From: Candidatus Desantisbacteria bacterium CG1_02_49_89
GTDB lineage: Bacteria > Desantisbacteria > UBA1551
DNA: 37,624 bases
Assembly (NCBI GenBank): GCA_001871075.1
Contig: MNUP01000059.1
Span: forward strand, 1 to 37,624
Direction of reading: 5' to 3'
Program-made: the position numbers and the translations under genes
Notes under the pieces: model-generated
Databases searched by the model: none
What the model was told of the DNA's origin: nothing
What the model saw: the letters and a program-made list of their open reading frames with translations, nothing else
Shown: positions 8,494 to 18,604 of the stretch, one piece after another
How positions within the stretch are numbered: the stretch's first letter is position 1
How the letters are laid out: each line of letters starts with the position of its first letter

Positions 8494-10998
8494 ATGGTTA
8501 AGCAAATATATGTCGTGCCCTACTGCCATCCTGACTGGGCGTGGACATTTAACAGAGAATGGCATGAGAAAAGATACGTGCTGGTAGCCGAGGAAGCCCT
8601 TGACGCGATAAAAAAGCATCCCCAGTTCCGCTGGTACATGGACCCTTATGTCACCCAGGCAGAAACGATATTAAGGCGCAGGCCGCAATTATATAAGGAA
8701 CTTCGCAAAAGGATAGCCGAGGGGAAGATCGCGGTATGCGGCTCTTTCACAAACCTGCGCCCCACCATGACCGGAGAGGAAACCCAGGTGCGGGACCTGC
8801 AATACGGAAGAAAAATATATAAGGAATTGTTTCCTGAAGCGGACTTATCCGTTTACGCTGGCACTGTTGACGTGTCCGTGGGCCACCCGCAGGTGCCCCA
8901 GCTGCTTGCGCTTGCCGGGTACAAGTATTTGCGTTTCTGGAGGCCGTACGTAGCACTTACAAGGAAAAGAGTTCCGCTTGAATTCTACTGGAAAGGATTT
9001 GACGGCTCAAAGATCCTGTGCTCAAGAGGAACATACGGCGGGCTGTGCTCAGCTGAAAACCTGGCTGAAGAACTTAACAACATGGCTGAAAGGGATAATG
9101 ACCTCCGGCCGGTAAGTATCGCCTGGGTAAGCCAGGGCACAGATGACTGCAGGCCTTTAAGAACACCTTATTCCGACAAACCCCTGCCGCTTTTGGAGCT
9201 CATGGAGGAATTGAACAGCAAGGAAGGCGTGAAGGTAAATTTCGCCACCCCGCCGCAGTATTTCAGGGAGATAGAAAAGCACATGTCAGAGATACCTGAG
9301 GTAAACGGCTCGCTTGACCCCTGCGACGTGTGCTACAACGTCGGGTGGGGAGGAGCGAACGGGCTTTTCGCCCTCCGCCAGGAGAATGAGATAAATCTTA
9401 CAACGCTTGAAACGTGGAACACTATCAGAGACATTAACAACATTAAAAACATTAGAGACATTGGGGACATTGAAGACATTGAAGACATGTGGAAAACGCA
9501 CCTTCTTTCCTGCGCCCACGCCACCCAGTGGCTTTTCGAGGACGATTTCAACAAGCTTTACAATAAAGCTTTAAACGTGAAACTCGAAACCTCTGAAACA
9601 ATTGAAGCAGTCTTATCTTCTCTTGCCCGGCTTATCCGCCTGCCTGAAACCGCGCAGGCTGTTGTTTTCAACTCCCTGCCGTTTGAAAGGGAGGAATGCG
9701 TCAGGATGCTTCTCACCTTCCCGGATTCCTGCGCCGAATTCTCGCTTGCGGATGCAAAAGGCAGGGATATTCCCTTCCAGGTGCTGGATAAGAACGAGAA
9801 TTCCTCAAGATCATATGAATTTGACGTTGCGGCAAAAGTGAAGATCCCGGCCTGCGGCTATAACGCTGTTTCCGCGGCCAAGCCTGGCCTGAAACCCGCC
9901 ATGCGGGGAGAAGGGGCAACGGTTGAGTTCAACGGGAGCGATCCGGTATGTATCAAGGCAGGCGGGAAGGAATACAGAGCGGAAAGTGATAGCAGTTTCG
10001 CGGACCTGAAACTGTACCGGGTGGACACGGCAAAAGGCGCCCTGCACGCCGGGCCAATAACTTCCGTTGAGCGGGTGAAATGGGGCATCGCAAAAACTAC
10101 CGCGGATGGGGACCTTTTTTCGGTTTACAGGTCAGAAGGTTCTGCGGGGCCGCACCCCGTTACAAGAGAGATCACGGTTTATAAGGATAAACCGGTCATT
10201 GACATCAACGTTGAGGTAAAATGGGGCGCTGAAGACGGATTCCTGGCGCTTGAGTTCCCGCTCCTGTTCAAAGGGAAGATCTTCGGGGACACGCCTTTTG
10301 CTGTTGAAGAGAAGGATATTGAAAAAGAGCCGTTCCTCGCAGAGGGCGAGAGCTGCTGGGAAAATATTGAAAGGCAGAGGAAAGGCCTGTTTTACGCGAA
10401 GTCCTTCATAAGCCAGAGTGACGGCGAAGGAAGCGTTTCATACCTGAATTATGACGCGTCGCATTACTATTTTCTGCCTGGCGGGGACAGTATCGGAAAT
10501 ATTCTCATAAACAGCGTGACAAAGCTTGAGGGATGGGAAAGGTTCGTGAACAAGGCAATGCGGGCAGAAGGAACGCACAGGTTCGCGTCCCGCCTTATTT
10601 TCCATAAAGGTGACTGGAGGTCCGCGCACATCGCCCGGGTCTCACAGGCGTTTGCAAGGAAACCCGGAATTATAGCAGCGGAAGGATCTACAAGGTGCCC
10701 GCCGCAGGAACCGGCGGGTTCCTTCCTGTCGCTTGAACCTTCAAACCTTATTATGACCGGATTTTACAGGGAAGGGAAAAACTTCATACTGCGGTTTTAC
10801 GAAACTGGGGGGAGAAAAACAAAAGCAAGGATAAAGCTTCCTTTTACTGCAAAGAAGGCTGTGAAAATTGATTTGCAGGGAAAAATTATTACCATTCTTA
10901 AACATGGTAAAACTTTAAAGCTTGAAGTAAGGCCCTGGGAAATAGTTTCTTTGTCATTGCGAGGTCGCCCTGGGCGGCCGCGGCAATCTGAACGCTAG
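8494..10998 (+). CDS. Glycoside hydrolase family 38 (alpha-mannosidase-like), divergent
   Basis: YVVPYCHPDWAW, EFYWKGFDGSKIL, VVFNSLPFER, ILRFYETGG...LEVRPWEIVSL; ATG 8494 follows AGGAG, and the ORF-track extension from 8446 is repeat-derived. Confidence 0.75.
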   Translation: MVKQIYVVPYCHPDWAWTFNREWHEKRYVLVAEEALDAIKKHPQFRWYMDPYVTQAETILRRRPQLYKELRKRIAEGKIAVCGSFTNLRPTMTGEETQVRDLQYGRKIYKELFPEADLSVYAGTVDVSVGHPQVPQLLALAGYKYLRFWRPYVALTRKRVPLEFYWKGFDGSKILCSRGTYGGLCSAENLAEELNNMAERDNDLRPVSIAWVSQGTDDCRPLRTPYSDKPLPLLELMEELNSKEGVKVNFATPPQYFREIEKHMSEIPEVNGSLDPCDVCYNVGWGGANGLFALRQENEINLTTLETWNTIRDINNIKNIRDIGDIEDIEDMWKTHLLSCAHATQWLFEDDFNKLYNKALNVKLETSETIEAVLSSLARLIRLPETAQAVVFNSLPFEREECVRMLLTFPDSCAEFSLADAKGRDIPFQVLDKNENSSRSYEFDVAAKVKIPACGYNAVSAAKPGLKPAMRGEGATVEFNGSDPVCIKAGGKEYRAESDSSFADLKLYRVDTAKGALHAGPITSVERVKWGIAKTTADGDLFSVYRSEGSAGPHPVTREITVYKDKPVIDINVEVKWGAEDGFLALEFPLLFKGKIFGDTPFAVEEKDIEKEPFLAEGESCWENIERQRKGLFYAKSFISQSDGEGSVSYLNYDASHYYFLPGGDSIGNILINSVTKLEGWERFVNKAMRAEGTHRFASRLIFHKGDWRSAHIARVSQAFARKPGIIAAEGSTRCPPQEPAGSFLSLEPSNLIMTGFYREGKNFILRFYETGGRKTKARIKLPFTAKKAVKIDLQGKIITILKHGKTLKLEVRPWEIVSLSLRGRPGRPRQSER

Positions 10999-11024
10999 AT
11001 TGCTTCACTGCGTTCGCAATGACA
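10952..11024. repeat. GTCATTGCGA...TCGCAATGAC element overlapping the GH38 C-terminus
   Basis: tgtcattgcga/tcgcaatgaca IR and gcaatct/agattgc inner IR; encodes SLRGRPGRPRQSER plus the stop codon. Confidence 0.85.
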
Positions 11025-11041
11025 TGCAAGACCGGACAAAT

Positions 11042-11080
11042 AAAAAAAAGGGGGGCATTCAGCCCTCCTTTTTATTTTTT
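11042..11080. terminator. Probable bidirectional intrinsic terminator
   Basis: A-run, GGGGGGC-attca-GCCCTCC, T-run, lying between convergent genes. Confidence 0.7.
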
Positions 11081-11869
11081 CAGCAGCTGAAGGAGCCACA
11101 ATTTCTCGGCTTCATATTCCTCAATGCTCCTGTATCTGAAATCCCTGAATGTACCACCGCCCTGCTCAAGCGAGCGCACCCCGCGGTTCCTGACTGCGTT
11201 TGGAAGAAAACCTGCCGTGTCCTTAACAAGATTTGAAAAATTGGCGAAAATATTATACTGTTTCCTGTTCCCAAGATACGAATAATCAAAAGAATACCCG
11301 GAAATTGATAGGCTTTCAGCATTTTCTTTGGCAATAATATCAAGATAATAATTAGAGCTGGTCTCTTTTTTAACCTCTTCCTCCGGTTTAGTGTTTTTAG
11401 CAGAGACAGGTATGCCGGTTGTAAGAAAAACTGCAAGCGATGCAATTTTTCTTGCAGCGCCTTCATCGGCAGATGATTTTTTCTTAACCATTATACTTTC
11501 TTCAACCTGGCCGGAGCAAATTAAAATAAAATTATCCCAGGGCAGAATTTTTTCCCGCTCATTTTCTTCCAAAACCAAACCTTCCGGTTTTGGAATAACT
11601 TTTTTTAATAATTTCGGCGGGAGAATTGCTTTTAACTGCATATTATCAAGTATAAAAGTTTCCACGCCTTCCTGTTCCAGTTTCTGCCGCAGGTCCTGCG
11701 CCTTTTCCATTTCCTTTGTCCTGTACAGGATCCCCCAGTGCGACCTGATATGGCTGAGCGCGTCAAGGCGCACCATGCCTGAAGCCCGGCTCAGGGCGTC
11801 CGCCAGCTTTTGAAGGTCAAAGGCATCCTGGCTTCCGAGAACAACGTTATAAAAACTTTCTTCACTCAT
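11072..11869 (-). CDS. Hypothetical protein
   Basis: 265-aa ORF with natural composition that fills the gap in the - strand block; no family recognised. Confidence 0.65.
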   Translation of the reverse strand: MSEESFYNVVLGSQDAFDLQKLADALSRASGMVRLDALSHIRSHWGILYRTKEMEKAQDLRQKLEQEGVETFILDNMQLKAILPPKLLKKVIPKPEGLVLEENEREKILPWDNFILICSGQVEESIMVKKKSSADEGAARKIASLAVFLTTGIPVSAKNTKPEEEVKKETSSNYYLDIIAKENAESLSISGYSFDYSYLGNRKQYNIFANFSNLVKDTAGFLPNAVRNRGVRSLEQGGGTFRDFRYRSIEEYEAEKLWLLQLLKK

Positions 11870-11870
11870 A

Positions 11871-12072
11871 AAAACCTAAACCTTAACCACAGAGTCAACA
11901 GAGAATAATATTTAACCACGGATTAACACGGATTTTTACTTGTAAACTTGTAAACTGTGTAAACTCTGTAAACTACATTTGAAACCACAGGTTAACACAG
12001 GTTAACACTGTTTCTACTTTGATTCTATGACTCTCTAACTCTATCTTATGCCATACGCTATACGCCATTTGC
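11871..12072. repeat. Mosaic of micro-repeat arrays
   Basis: aaccacagag; aaccacggattaacacggatt; taaacttg/taaactgtg/taaactctg; aaccacaggttaacacaggttaacactg; tatgcca/tacgcta/tacgcca. Confidence 0.85.
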
Positions 12073-13938
12073 TCATTGCGCCGCCGGATGTTCGAGGTGC
12101 CGCCACTGGGTATTATACAGATCGGCATACACGCCGTTCAGGGAAAGAAGTTCGGAGTGGGTGCCGGTTTCAACTATTTTTCCTTCCTGGACAACAAGTA
12201 TCTTGTTCGCATTTAGCACTGTCGACAGCCGGTGCGCGATAACGAAAGACGTGCGCTTGCGCAGGAGGTGGTCTATCGCCTGCTGGATGAGCGCCTCCGT
12301 GCGGTTATCCACCGAAGAAGTCGCTTCGTCAAGGATAAGTATGGGCGGATTTTTCAGGAGCGCCCGGGCGATCGCGACGCGCTGTTTCTCCCCCACTGAA
12401 AGCCGTATGCCGCGCTCGCCTATCTGGTGTTCGTATCCGTCAGCCAGGCCCATAATGAATTCGTGGCAATTCGCGAGCTTAGCGACTTCTATGATCTCAT
12501 CAAGGGTCGCGCCAAGCTTGCCGTAGGCGATATTCTCCCGGACAGTGCCGTTGAATAAAAACGGTTCCTGCATAACGATGCCGATATTCTCGCGCAGATC
12601 CTTGAGTTTCAGTTTTTTAACGTCTATGCCGTCTATGGATATCATTCCTTCCTGCGAATCGTAGAACCTGGGTATCAGGCTTACGATGGTGGTCTTGCCG
12701 GCACCGGTAGGGCCGACAAGAGCGATAATTTCACTCTGGCGCGCCTCGAAATCCACGCCGTGCAGGACCTCAACGCCCTTTTTATATTCAAACCTTACTT
12801 TGTGGAATACAACTTCGCCCTTTATCGGCCTCGGAAGGCTCAGCGCGCCCGGCGCCTCCTGGACCTCGGGGACCGCGTCTATGACCTCGAATATGCGCTC
12901 GCTCGCGGCGCGGGCATGCTGGAGCATATGGTTGACCTGGTTAAGCTGGTGTATTGGCTGGTAGAAAAGCCCTAGGTAAAAAAGGAAGGACACGATCTGG
13001 CCGGCGGTCATCGAGCCGTCCGTTATCGCCATCTTGCCGCCGAAAAGCAGGACCAGCACAGTGCCGATGGAAGTTGTGGTGACGATCGCGGGAGAGAATA
13101 TGGACCAGATCTTTATCGCCTGGAGATTTGTCTGCAGGTAATCGGTGCTTTTTTCTGAAAGCCTTCCGACCTCGTATTCTTCCCTTCCGAAGCTCTTTAT
13201 TTCGCGGATACCGGAGAGGCTGTCCTGCAAGAGCGCGCTTATTTCGCCCATTTTTTTTCGCACCTGCTGGTAGATCTTGTGCGCGATGATAGTGACCGCG
13301 AAGATGAGGACTGCAAGCACCGGGATCGGGACGATGGCGATGAGCGCGAGCTTCCAGTTCGTGAAGAACAGGACGAACGTGATGCCGACGAACGTGAGGA
13401 CCGCCATTATCGCCACGTCAACGCCGTCAACTATGACGCGCTCAACAGCGCCGACGTCGTTCGTGATACGGGACATCAGGTTCCCTGTCTGGGCGTTGTC
13501 ATAAAAACTGAAGGATAGCCGCTGGAGGCTGCGGTAGAGGTCCTGCCACATATCATAAATGATCTTCTGGCTGAGCCTTCCCATTATATAGCCCTTGAGC
13601 CCGCCCAGGACGTTGGACACAACATAGATCACGGCCAGGTAAATTATCAGGGAATAGAAATTCTGCAGCTGGTGCTTGGTTATGACCCGGTCGAGGATTA
13701 TCCCGATGAGCTTAGGAGGGATAAGACCGATGAGGGTGACGAACGCGGAAATGCAGAGCGAGACCGTTACCTGCCACACATAGGGTTTGAGGTAATTCAG
13801 CAGGCGCCTGTAGTTGAGCTTGGCTTCGGGAATATCATCAACGGCGAACCTGCCGAAACCGCCCCTGCCGCCCGGACCCCCGGGGCCGCGGCCCGGACCT
13901 CCGTGACCGCCCATAAGTGGACCGCCTGCGCCTCGCAT
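12073..13938 (-). CDS. ABC exporter, fused permease + ATPase (MdlB/MsbA-like)
   Basis: TM domain, Walker A GPTGAGKT, signature LSVGEKQR, ILILDEATS, IAHRLST; start moved to ATG 13938 after GAGG. Confidence 0.9.
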   Translation of the reverse strand: MRGAGGPLMGGHGGPGRGPGGPGGRGGFGRFAVDDIPEAKLNYRRLLNYLKPYVWQVTVSLCISAFVTLIGLIPPKLIGIILDRVITKHQLQNFYSLIIYLAVIYVVSNVLGGLKGYIMGRLSQKIIYDMWQDLYRSLQRLSFSFYDNAQTGNLMSRITNDVGAVERVIVDGVDVAIMAVLTFVGITFVLFFTNWKLALIAIVPIPVLAVLIFAVTIIAHKIYQQVRKKMGEISALLQDSLSGIREIKSFGREEYEVGRLSEKSTDYLQTNLQAIKIWSIFSPAIVTTTSIGTVLVLLFGGKMAITDGSMTAGQIVSFLFYLGLFYQPIHQLNQVNHMLQHARAASERIFEVIDAVPEVQEAPGALSLPRPIKGEVVFHKVRFEYKKGVEVLHGVDFEARQSEIIALVGPTGAGKTTIVSLIPRFYDSQEGMISIDGIDVKKLKLKDLRENIGIVMQEPFLFNGTVRENIAYGKLGATLDEIIEVAKLANCHEFIMGLADGYEHQIGERGIRLSVGEKQRVAIARALLKNPPILILDEATSSVDNRTEALIQQAIDHLLRKRTSFVIAHRLSTVLNANKILVVQEGKIVETGTHSELLSLNGVYADLYNTQWRHLEHPAAQ

Positions 13939-14015
13939 TTTTTCCTCTGGCCAACTGCAGATTAAGATTGAGATTAAGTCAGAAATCGGTCCTGACAAAT
14001 TAAGCCATTATAACT

Positions 14016-14037
14016 GCACGATAAATCGTGCCGCTAC
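14016..14037 (-). repeat. GTAG REP-like hairpin
   Basis: Minus strand reads GTAG-cg-GCACGA-ttta-TCGTGC. Confidence 0.7.
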
Positions 14038-14078
14038 TTTAAGATTAAAACGATGCACGATGAACGATGTTACGAGAA

Positions 14079-15062
14079 TCAGGGGATGGGGATAAACTGG
14101 ATGTTAAGGGGGACCATGTCCGGTTTCCTGGGAACCTCCTCGGTGTATTCGCCGGCCGCGGGCCTTACAAAACCGCCCATTTCCTTCTCCGCTCTTTCGA
14201 TGAATTCCGGGTACCTGTCAGACGAAATATAGAGCACGATGTTATCGCTGCCGGCTTTTATAACCTCTCCTTTCATGTCGTTCATTATCTCAAATATCCT
14301 GCGCTGGGAATCCTCAACGCTGTCCACAACAAGCACCAGCTTCTCCGCGGGTTCTGTTTTCTGGTTTGCCGGCAGGGGCAGAAGCTCTTCGCGTAAAGCG
14401 CGCGCGTCCACTGATCCGCTTTTCTCTTTTTTCATCTTTGCAGCGATCTTCGTGGCGTCGGTGAACGGTTTCTTTATTATCTGCCTGTCCTCAGCCTCCG
14501 CTATCCTGCTGTCCAGGAACGCGAGGACATCCTCAGTCGTGGGCTGGCGCTCTTCCGGCTCTTTCTTTGCCGCTGCCTTCTTTTTCGAAGCCGGACTTTT
14601 TCCTGATCCTTTACGCTCCCGCTGGACCTCCGAAGGCGGAACGTCCTCGGCCGGCTCAGACTCAAGCTCGGATATCTCAGCGGGTTCAGTTTCGGCCGGC
14701 TCTTCCACGATGACTTTTCGGTCGGGCCAGTAGATCACAAGAAAATATACCGCGAAAAATATCCCGGCTCCAAGAACCGCTATCTTGGTTATTGTCTGCA
14801 GGGACTGTATCCTGCGCAGGAATTCCTGCGCGTTCTGCTGCCATGTCTTCCTGTCAAGGCGCTGCCTGACCTCCATGGCTACGCGTGCCGGCTCCCTGCC
14901 CTCTGCAACGTCTGCCATCGAGATAAGCTTGCGCAGGAGCTTGAGGTCTTTCGCGCAGTTCCTGCAAACCTGAAGGTGTTCTTCAAGCTCAAGCGCTTCT
15001 TCTGGTTTCAGGTCGTTCTCGATGCTCCTGCTCAATAAATATTTTGCCTGCCTGCACTCCAT
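14079..15062 (-). CDS. Anti-sigma-factor-like membrane protein with N-terminal zf-HC2 zinc finger
   Basis: MEC...EEHLQVCRNC (HxxxCxxC), one TM helix, low-complexity linker; AAGGAG RBS. Confidence 0.75.
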   Translation of the reverse strand: MECRQAKYLLSRSIENDLKPEEALELEEHLQVCRNCAKDLKLLRKLISMADVAEGREPARVAMEVRQRLDRKTWQQNAQEFLRRIQSLQTITKIAVLGAGIFFAVYFLVIYWPDRKVIVEEPAETEPAEISELESEPAEDVPPSEVQRERKGSGKSPASKKKAAAKKEPEERQPTTEDVLAFLDSRIAEAEDRQIIKKPFTDATKIAAKMKKEKSGSVDARALREELLPLPANQKTEPAEKLVLVVDSVEDSQRRIFEIMNDMKGEVIKAGSDNIVLYISSDRYPEFIERAEKEMGGFVRPAAGEYTEEVPRKPDMVPLNIQFIPIP

Positions 15063-15078
15063 TGTTCTCCTTAAAGAA

Positions 15079-15181
15079 AATTATGAGTTATGATTTATGA
15101 GTTATGAATTAACAACAAGGTATTAATTTATATGAAATTCCATGCTTTTGACTCATAACTCATCATTCATAATTCATAATT
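15079..15181. repeat. Inverted pair of TTATGA/TCATAA 7-mer arrays
   Basis: aattatgagttatgatttatgagttatgaatt (15079-15110) faces actcataactcatcattcataattcataatt (15151-15181). Confidence 0.85.
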
Positions 15182-15186
15182 GTCAG

Positions 15187-15825
15187 TTACTTAGTGACGG
15201 ACGGGACTTCAACCGCGCCGCCTGAAGATTTCTTAAGGCGCAGCTTTATTATTTTCTGCGCTTCCACGGGGCGGTTACCGGGACCCGTCTTGCAGCATTC
15301 GATGGTTTGTACCACATCATAGCCTTTTATGACCTTTCCGAATATCGTGTGCAAACCGTTCAGCCACGGAGTGGGGACAGTGGTAATAAAGAATTGGCTT
15401 CCGTTCGTGTTTGGGCCGGCATTCGCCATTGCCAATAAGCCGGGGCCATCGAACGTAAGCTCCTTAATGCACTCGTCCTTAAACGGAGTTCCCCAGATGG
15501 ACTGGCCGCCCCTGCCGGTGCCGGTCGGGTCGCCGCCCTGGATCATGAACCCCTTCATCACGCGGTGGAAGATCAGGCCGTCGTAATAACCCTTCTCCCC
15601 GAGGTTGATAAGATTCTCCACAGCTTTCGGAGCGACCTTTGGAAAAAGTTCAAGTTCTATCGTGCCGCGGTTCGTTTCCATTACCATAACAGGCTTATCC
15701 GGTATCACATTCCCTCCTTCTCCTTGCACGGCTTTTTTTGTTTTTACCTGGCACAATGCGGTCAGCGCGCAGAAAACCGCCGCAACCGCCAAACAGGTTA
15801 AAACAACCACAAATGGCTTTTTCAT
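15187..15825 (-). CDS. Cyclophilin-type peptidyl-prolyl cis-trans isomerase with signal peptide
   Basis: [52 protein letters not shown]. Confidence 0.95.
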   Translation of the reverse strand: MKKPFVVVLTCLAVAAVFCALTALCQVKTKKAVQGEGGNVIPDKPVMVMETNRGTIELELFPKVAPKAVENLINLGEKGYYDGLIFHRVMKGFMIQGGDPTGTGRGGQSIWGTPFKDECIKELTFDGPGLLAMANAGPNTNGSQFFITTVPTPWLNGLHTIFGKVIKGYDVVQTIECCKTGPGNRPVEAQKIIKLRLKKSSGGAVEVPSVTK

Positions 15826-15861
15826 TCACCCTCCTTCTTAACTACAGAACAAATATTGTTT

Positions 15862-16011
15862 AACCACGAATTGTTTGCTTCGCAACATTCTTTGTGAGTT
15901 ACGTCGATAAACGACGAATTGCACGAATTTTCTCTTTAACCTTTTAACCTCTTTAACCACTTTAACCTTTAACAGTATTTACAGTGGGCTGTCGACTGTG
16001 GACCGTGGACT
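15862..16011. repeat. Micro-repeat arrays
   Basis: cacgaatt x3 (interrupted); ttaacc 7-9-mer array; gtgggct/gtcgact/gtggacc/gtggact. Confidence 0.75.
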
Positions 16012-16014
16012 AAA

Positions 16015-16584
16015 TTATTTAACACGGAACAGCGTGATAGAATCTATCGCGACCGCGTATCCCGCTGGCCAGAACACGCGGGTCTCAAGTTGTCCGCCCG
16101 GATAATCAAAAACAAGCGGGACCTGCGCGTATTTGCCTTTCTTCAGGTCTGCGCCAATAACTTCTTTCTGGTCAAGCACGCTCTGGCCGTATTCAACGCA
16201 GGCGTCCAGGGTTACCACAACATCTTCGCCGGCGTCTTCAAGCATTTTTACGCGGAAGAACGCGACGTATTTCCCCTCGTCTATCTCGATATACGGGCCG
16301 AATATCGTGTGCCCCGCCTCATTGTCGTCAACCCTCGCGACCCAGGCTATCTTATTCCCTGCCTGGTCGTCCTTCTCTTCCTTGCCCCGGTTCTCCTGGT
16401 GCTGCAGCGCCTCGCCCTCATAGACCTCGATCTTTGCATAAGTTCCCTTCGGGAGGTCTTTGGGATTTTTCACCTCGTCCAGGATATCCTTGGGCACCTC
16501 GCCGGCGCAGAATCCCCTGCCTGCCCCGAACCCCAGCGCCAGTATTGACGCCAGCGCCACTGCAATAATGACCGTGTTGCGCAT
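16015..16584 (-). CDS. Secreted hypothetical protein, beta-rich (possibly carbohydrate-binding-like)
   Basis: Signal peptide, FGPYIEIDEGKYVAFFRVK segment, AGGAGG RBS. Confidence 0.65.
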   Translation of the reverse strand: MRNTVIIAVALASILALGFGAGRGFCAGEVPKDILDEVKNPKDLPKGTYAKIEVYEGEALQHQENRGKEEKDDQAGNKIAWVARVDDNEAGHTIFGPYIEIDEGKYVAFFRVKMLEDAGEDVVVTLDACVEYGQSVLDQKEVIGADLKKGKYAQVPLVFDYPGGQLETRVFWPAGYAVAIDSITLFRVK

Positions 16585-16632
16585 AATGCCTCCTTTTTAA
16601 AACAGACCATAGCATTATCAGAAACATCAAGA

Positions 16633-18594
16633 CTATTTTAAAAGAAAAACTACGGTGGAAAGGGGTTTCATTGTGACCGTGAACTCCTGCAGGGCCTTGC
16701 CGATCTCTTTCTGGCTGATAAGGTCAAAAACATCCGCTTTTACCGGAAGCTTTATTTTCTTCTCGCCGCCGCCGTTGGCGTGAACGCACAGGAAGGACCT
16801 GTTCGCGTAAACAACGTCTCCGGTTTCAAGGTATAAATGAACGCCTGCTTCCCTGCATATGGTACGCAGGTCATCCGCGGACGGCTGGTCCTTAAGATAA
16901 ACGCTTGTCCATTTATCAAGTTTCTTTGCGGGTTTTCCGACCCTGGAGCTCAGGTCCGCGTCCTCGTTCACGGCCTGCAGCGCGCGGGTAAGGCTGAAGC
17001 CCGTGGCCGCCTCCGCGTTCTCGTGGGTCACGGTGCGGGCGTCCTCGTCGAAGAAACAGGATTGTTCCAACCACACAGCCCACCTGTCATCCGTTTTCAC
17101 TATTCTTTCAAGCATCTTCATTATCCCCGCGTTCAGCCTGTAACAGAATTTGAAGAAATAGACCTTGTAAGGCCTTGCGAGTGGTATATCCTCGAGCAGG
17201 ATGAAATCCACCGGGGCGCCGATATGGCCGATGTCAACTATGTTGTGCCATGACTGGAATTTCGCCTGGGGCCCGCGCAGGTGCTGGGATCTCTCGTCGA
17301 TGACCACGGCGATCTCCGCTGAACCCGACATATCGCATTCAAGCGCCTGCCGGCCGGCTGCGAAGATCCTGCCGATTTCTTCAAGCAGGCAGGGATCGTT
17401 ATACCAGCCGCCTGACTGGTCCATCCACCAGGAAGCCACGCTGTTGCAGACCGCGTTGCCGAATTCTCTCCATTGCATCGAGATCGTTTCTTCAAGGGTT
17501 TTCGTTTTGCCGTAACCATCGTTCCCCGGAACGTTTATGTGCGTGCGGATGTCATTCTCATCGAACCACAGCTTCCCGTGCAGTTTTACGGACCCGGCAA
17601 GCGACATGAAATAGCTGTATCCCGTTCCCAGCTCCCTTCCGGTGTAGCAGGTGGGGCTTGAGAGCATGTCAATGTCCTTTGACCGGAGCAGCTCGCCCAG
17701 CGCGTAATGGCCAGAATCAAGCTGGCCGCGTGGGATCGACTGCAGCTGGTAGCCGTAGAAAACGCTTACGAGCGCGCGCCTGCCGGTTTTTTCCTTGACA
17801 AGCGCCGCGAAACAGCGGATGGTATCCACTATCTTCCAGTGGTGGTACCCGTAGAAATCTATAACGTCCTTCTGGGTTTCAGGAGAGAAGAACTCACCGG
17901 CCGCGGGGCTCCTCCTGCTCTTCACGGAAGGGATTTTCGCGCTGTTCAGGAAAACGGCGTGGTTGCGCCAGGAGTCCTGCAGGGCTTCGTCTGTTCCGTA
18001 TTTCTTACCGAGCCACTGCCTGAACGAAGCTTCATTCGCGGGGTTGTAATCGATCTCCGGGCCGCCCCAGTAGAACCATTCCTCGCTCTGCTCGCTGGAC
18101 AGGTGGTAGCCGATAATGTGTTCGGCGAAAGGACCCTGCTCGCAGTGCGAAATATAGGCGTCAAGGAAATCAAGCGTATCTTTCCGCCATTTCTCCGAGG
18201 CGATGGACGGAAGCAGCTGGCCGCGCAGGTATTCATCCGGGCTGCCCTGGTAGGCCGAAAGGTCCTCGCGCATGCGCAGCTCCGAAGGATTTGAGTCAAC
18301 CCACCATCTCGGGGGCATAAGGAACATCCGCGGGATCATCAAGACCTGCGGGCATGCCTTTACGGTTTTTGAAAATATTTCGTCAAGCCCGGAAAAATCA
18401 TATTCCCCGGGGCCTTTCCAGTATTTCAGGTCAACCGTGAAAAAAACAATGCGCACGCCTGCCTTCGCGAAATCCTCAAGGAATTTGTAGTCGTGGTCAG
18501 GGCCCCTCCAGAAAGCAAGGGGGACCTGCTGCCTGCCGTCCACGAAGATCGCGGGGCCGTTGTTGTGGATCCTTATTTCTGTTCTTGGTTTCAT
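16633..18594 (-). CDS. Beta-galactosidase / GH42-like glycoside hydrolase
   Basis: WKGPGEYDFS, PSIASEKWR, IIGYHL...EEW, FRQWLGKKYGT..ALQDSW, LWFDENDIRT. Confidence 0.65.
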   Translation of the reverse strand: MKPRTEIRIHNNGPAIFVDGRQQVPLAFWRGPDHDYKFLEDFAKAGVRIVFFTVDLKYWKGPGEYDFSGLDEIFSKTVKACPQVLMIPRMFLMPPRWWVDSNPSELRMREDLSAYQGSPDEYLRGQLLPSIASEKWRKDTLDFLDAYISHCEQGPFAEHIIGYHLSSEQSEEWFYWGGPEIDYNPANEASFRQWLGKKYGTDEALQDSWRNHAVFLNSAKIPSVKSRRSPAAGEFFSPETQKDVIDFYGYHHWKIVDTIRCFAALVKEKTGRRALVSVFYGYQLQSIPRGQLDSGHYALGELLRSKDIDMLSSPTCYTGRELGTGYSYFMSLAGSVKLHGKLWFDENDIRTHINVPGNDGYGKTKTLEETISMQWREFGNAVCNSVASWWMDQSGGWYNDPCLLEEIGRIFAAGRQALECDMSGSAEIAVVIDERSQHLRGPQAKFQSWHNIVDIGHIGAPVDFILLEDIPLARPYKVYFFKFCYRLNAGIMKMLERIVKTDDRWAVWLEQSCFFDEDARTVTHENAEAATGFSLTRALQAVNEDADLSSRVGKPAKKLDKWTSVYLKDQPSADDLRTICREAGVHLYLETGDVVYANRSFLCVHANGGGEKKIKLPVKADVFDLISQKEIGKALQEFTVTMKPLSTVVFLLK

Positions 18595-18604
18595 TGTAAA
18601 TTCC

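Noticed and set aside
13840-13938. GC-rich Gly/Pro run at the ABC exporter N-terminus as an inserted element
   Set aside because: Gly-rich N-termini are common in this exporter subfamily, and it matches none of the repeat words.
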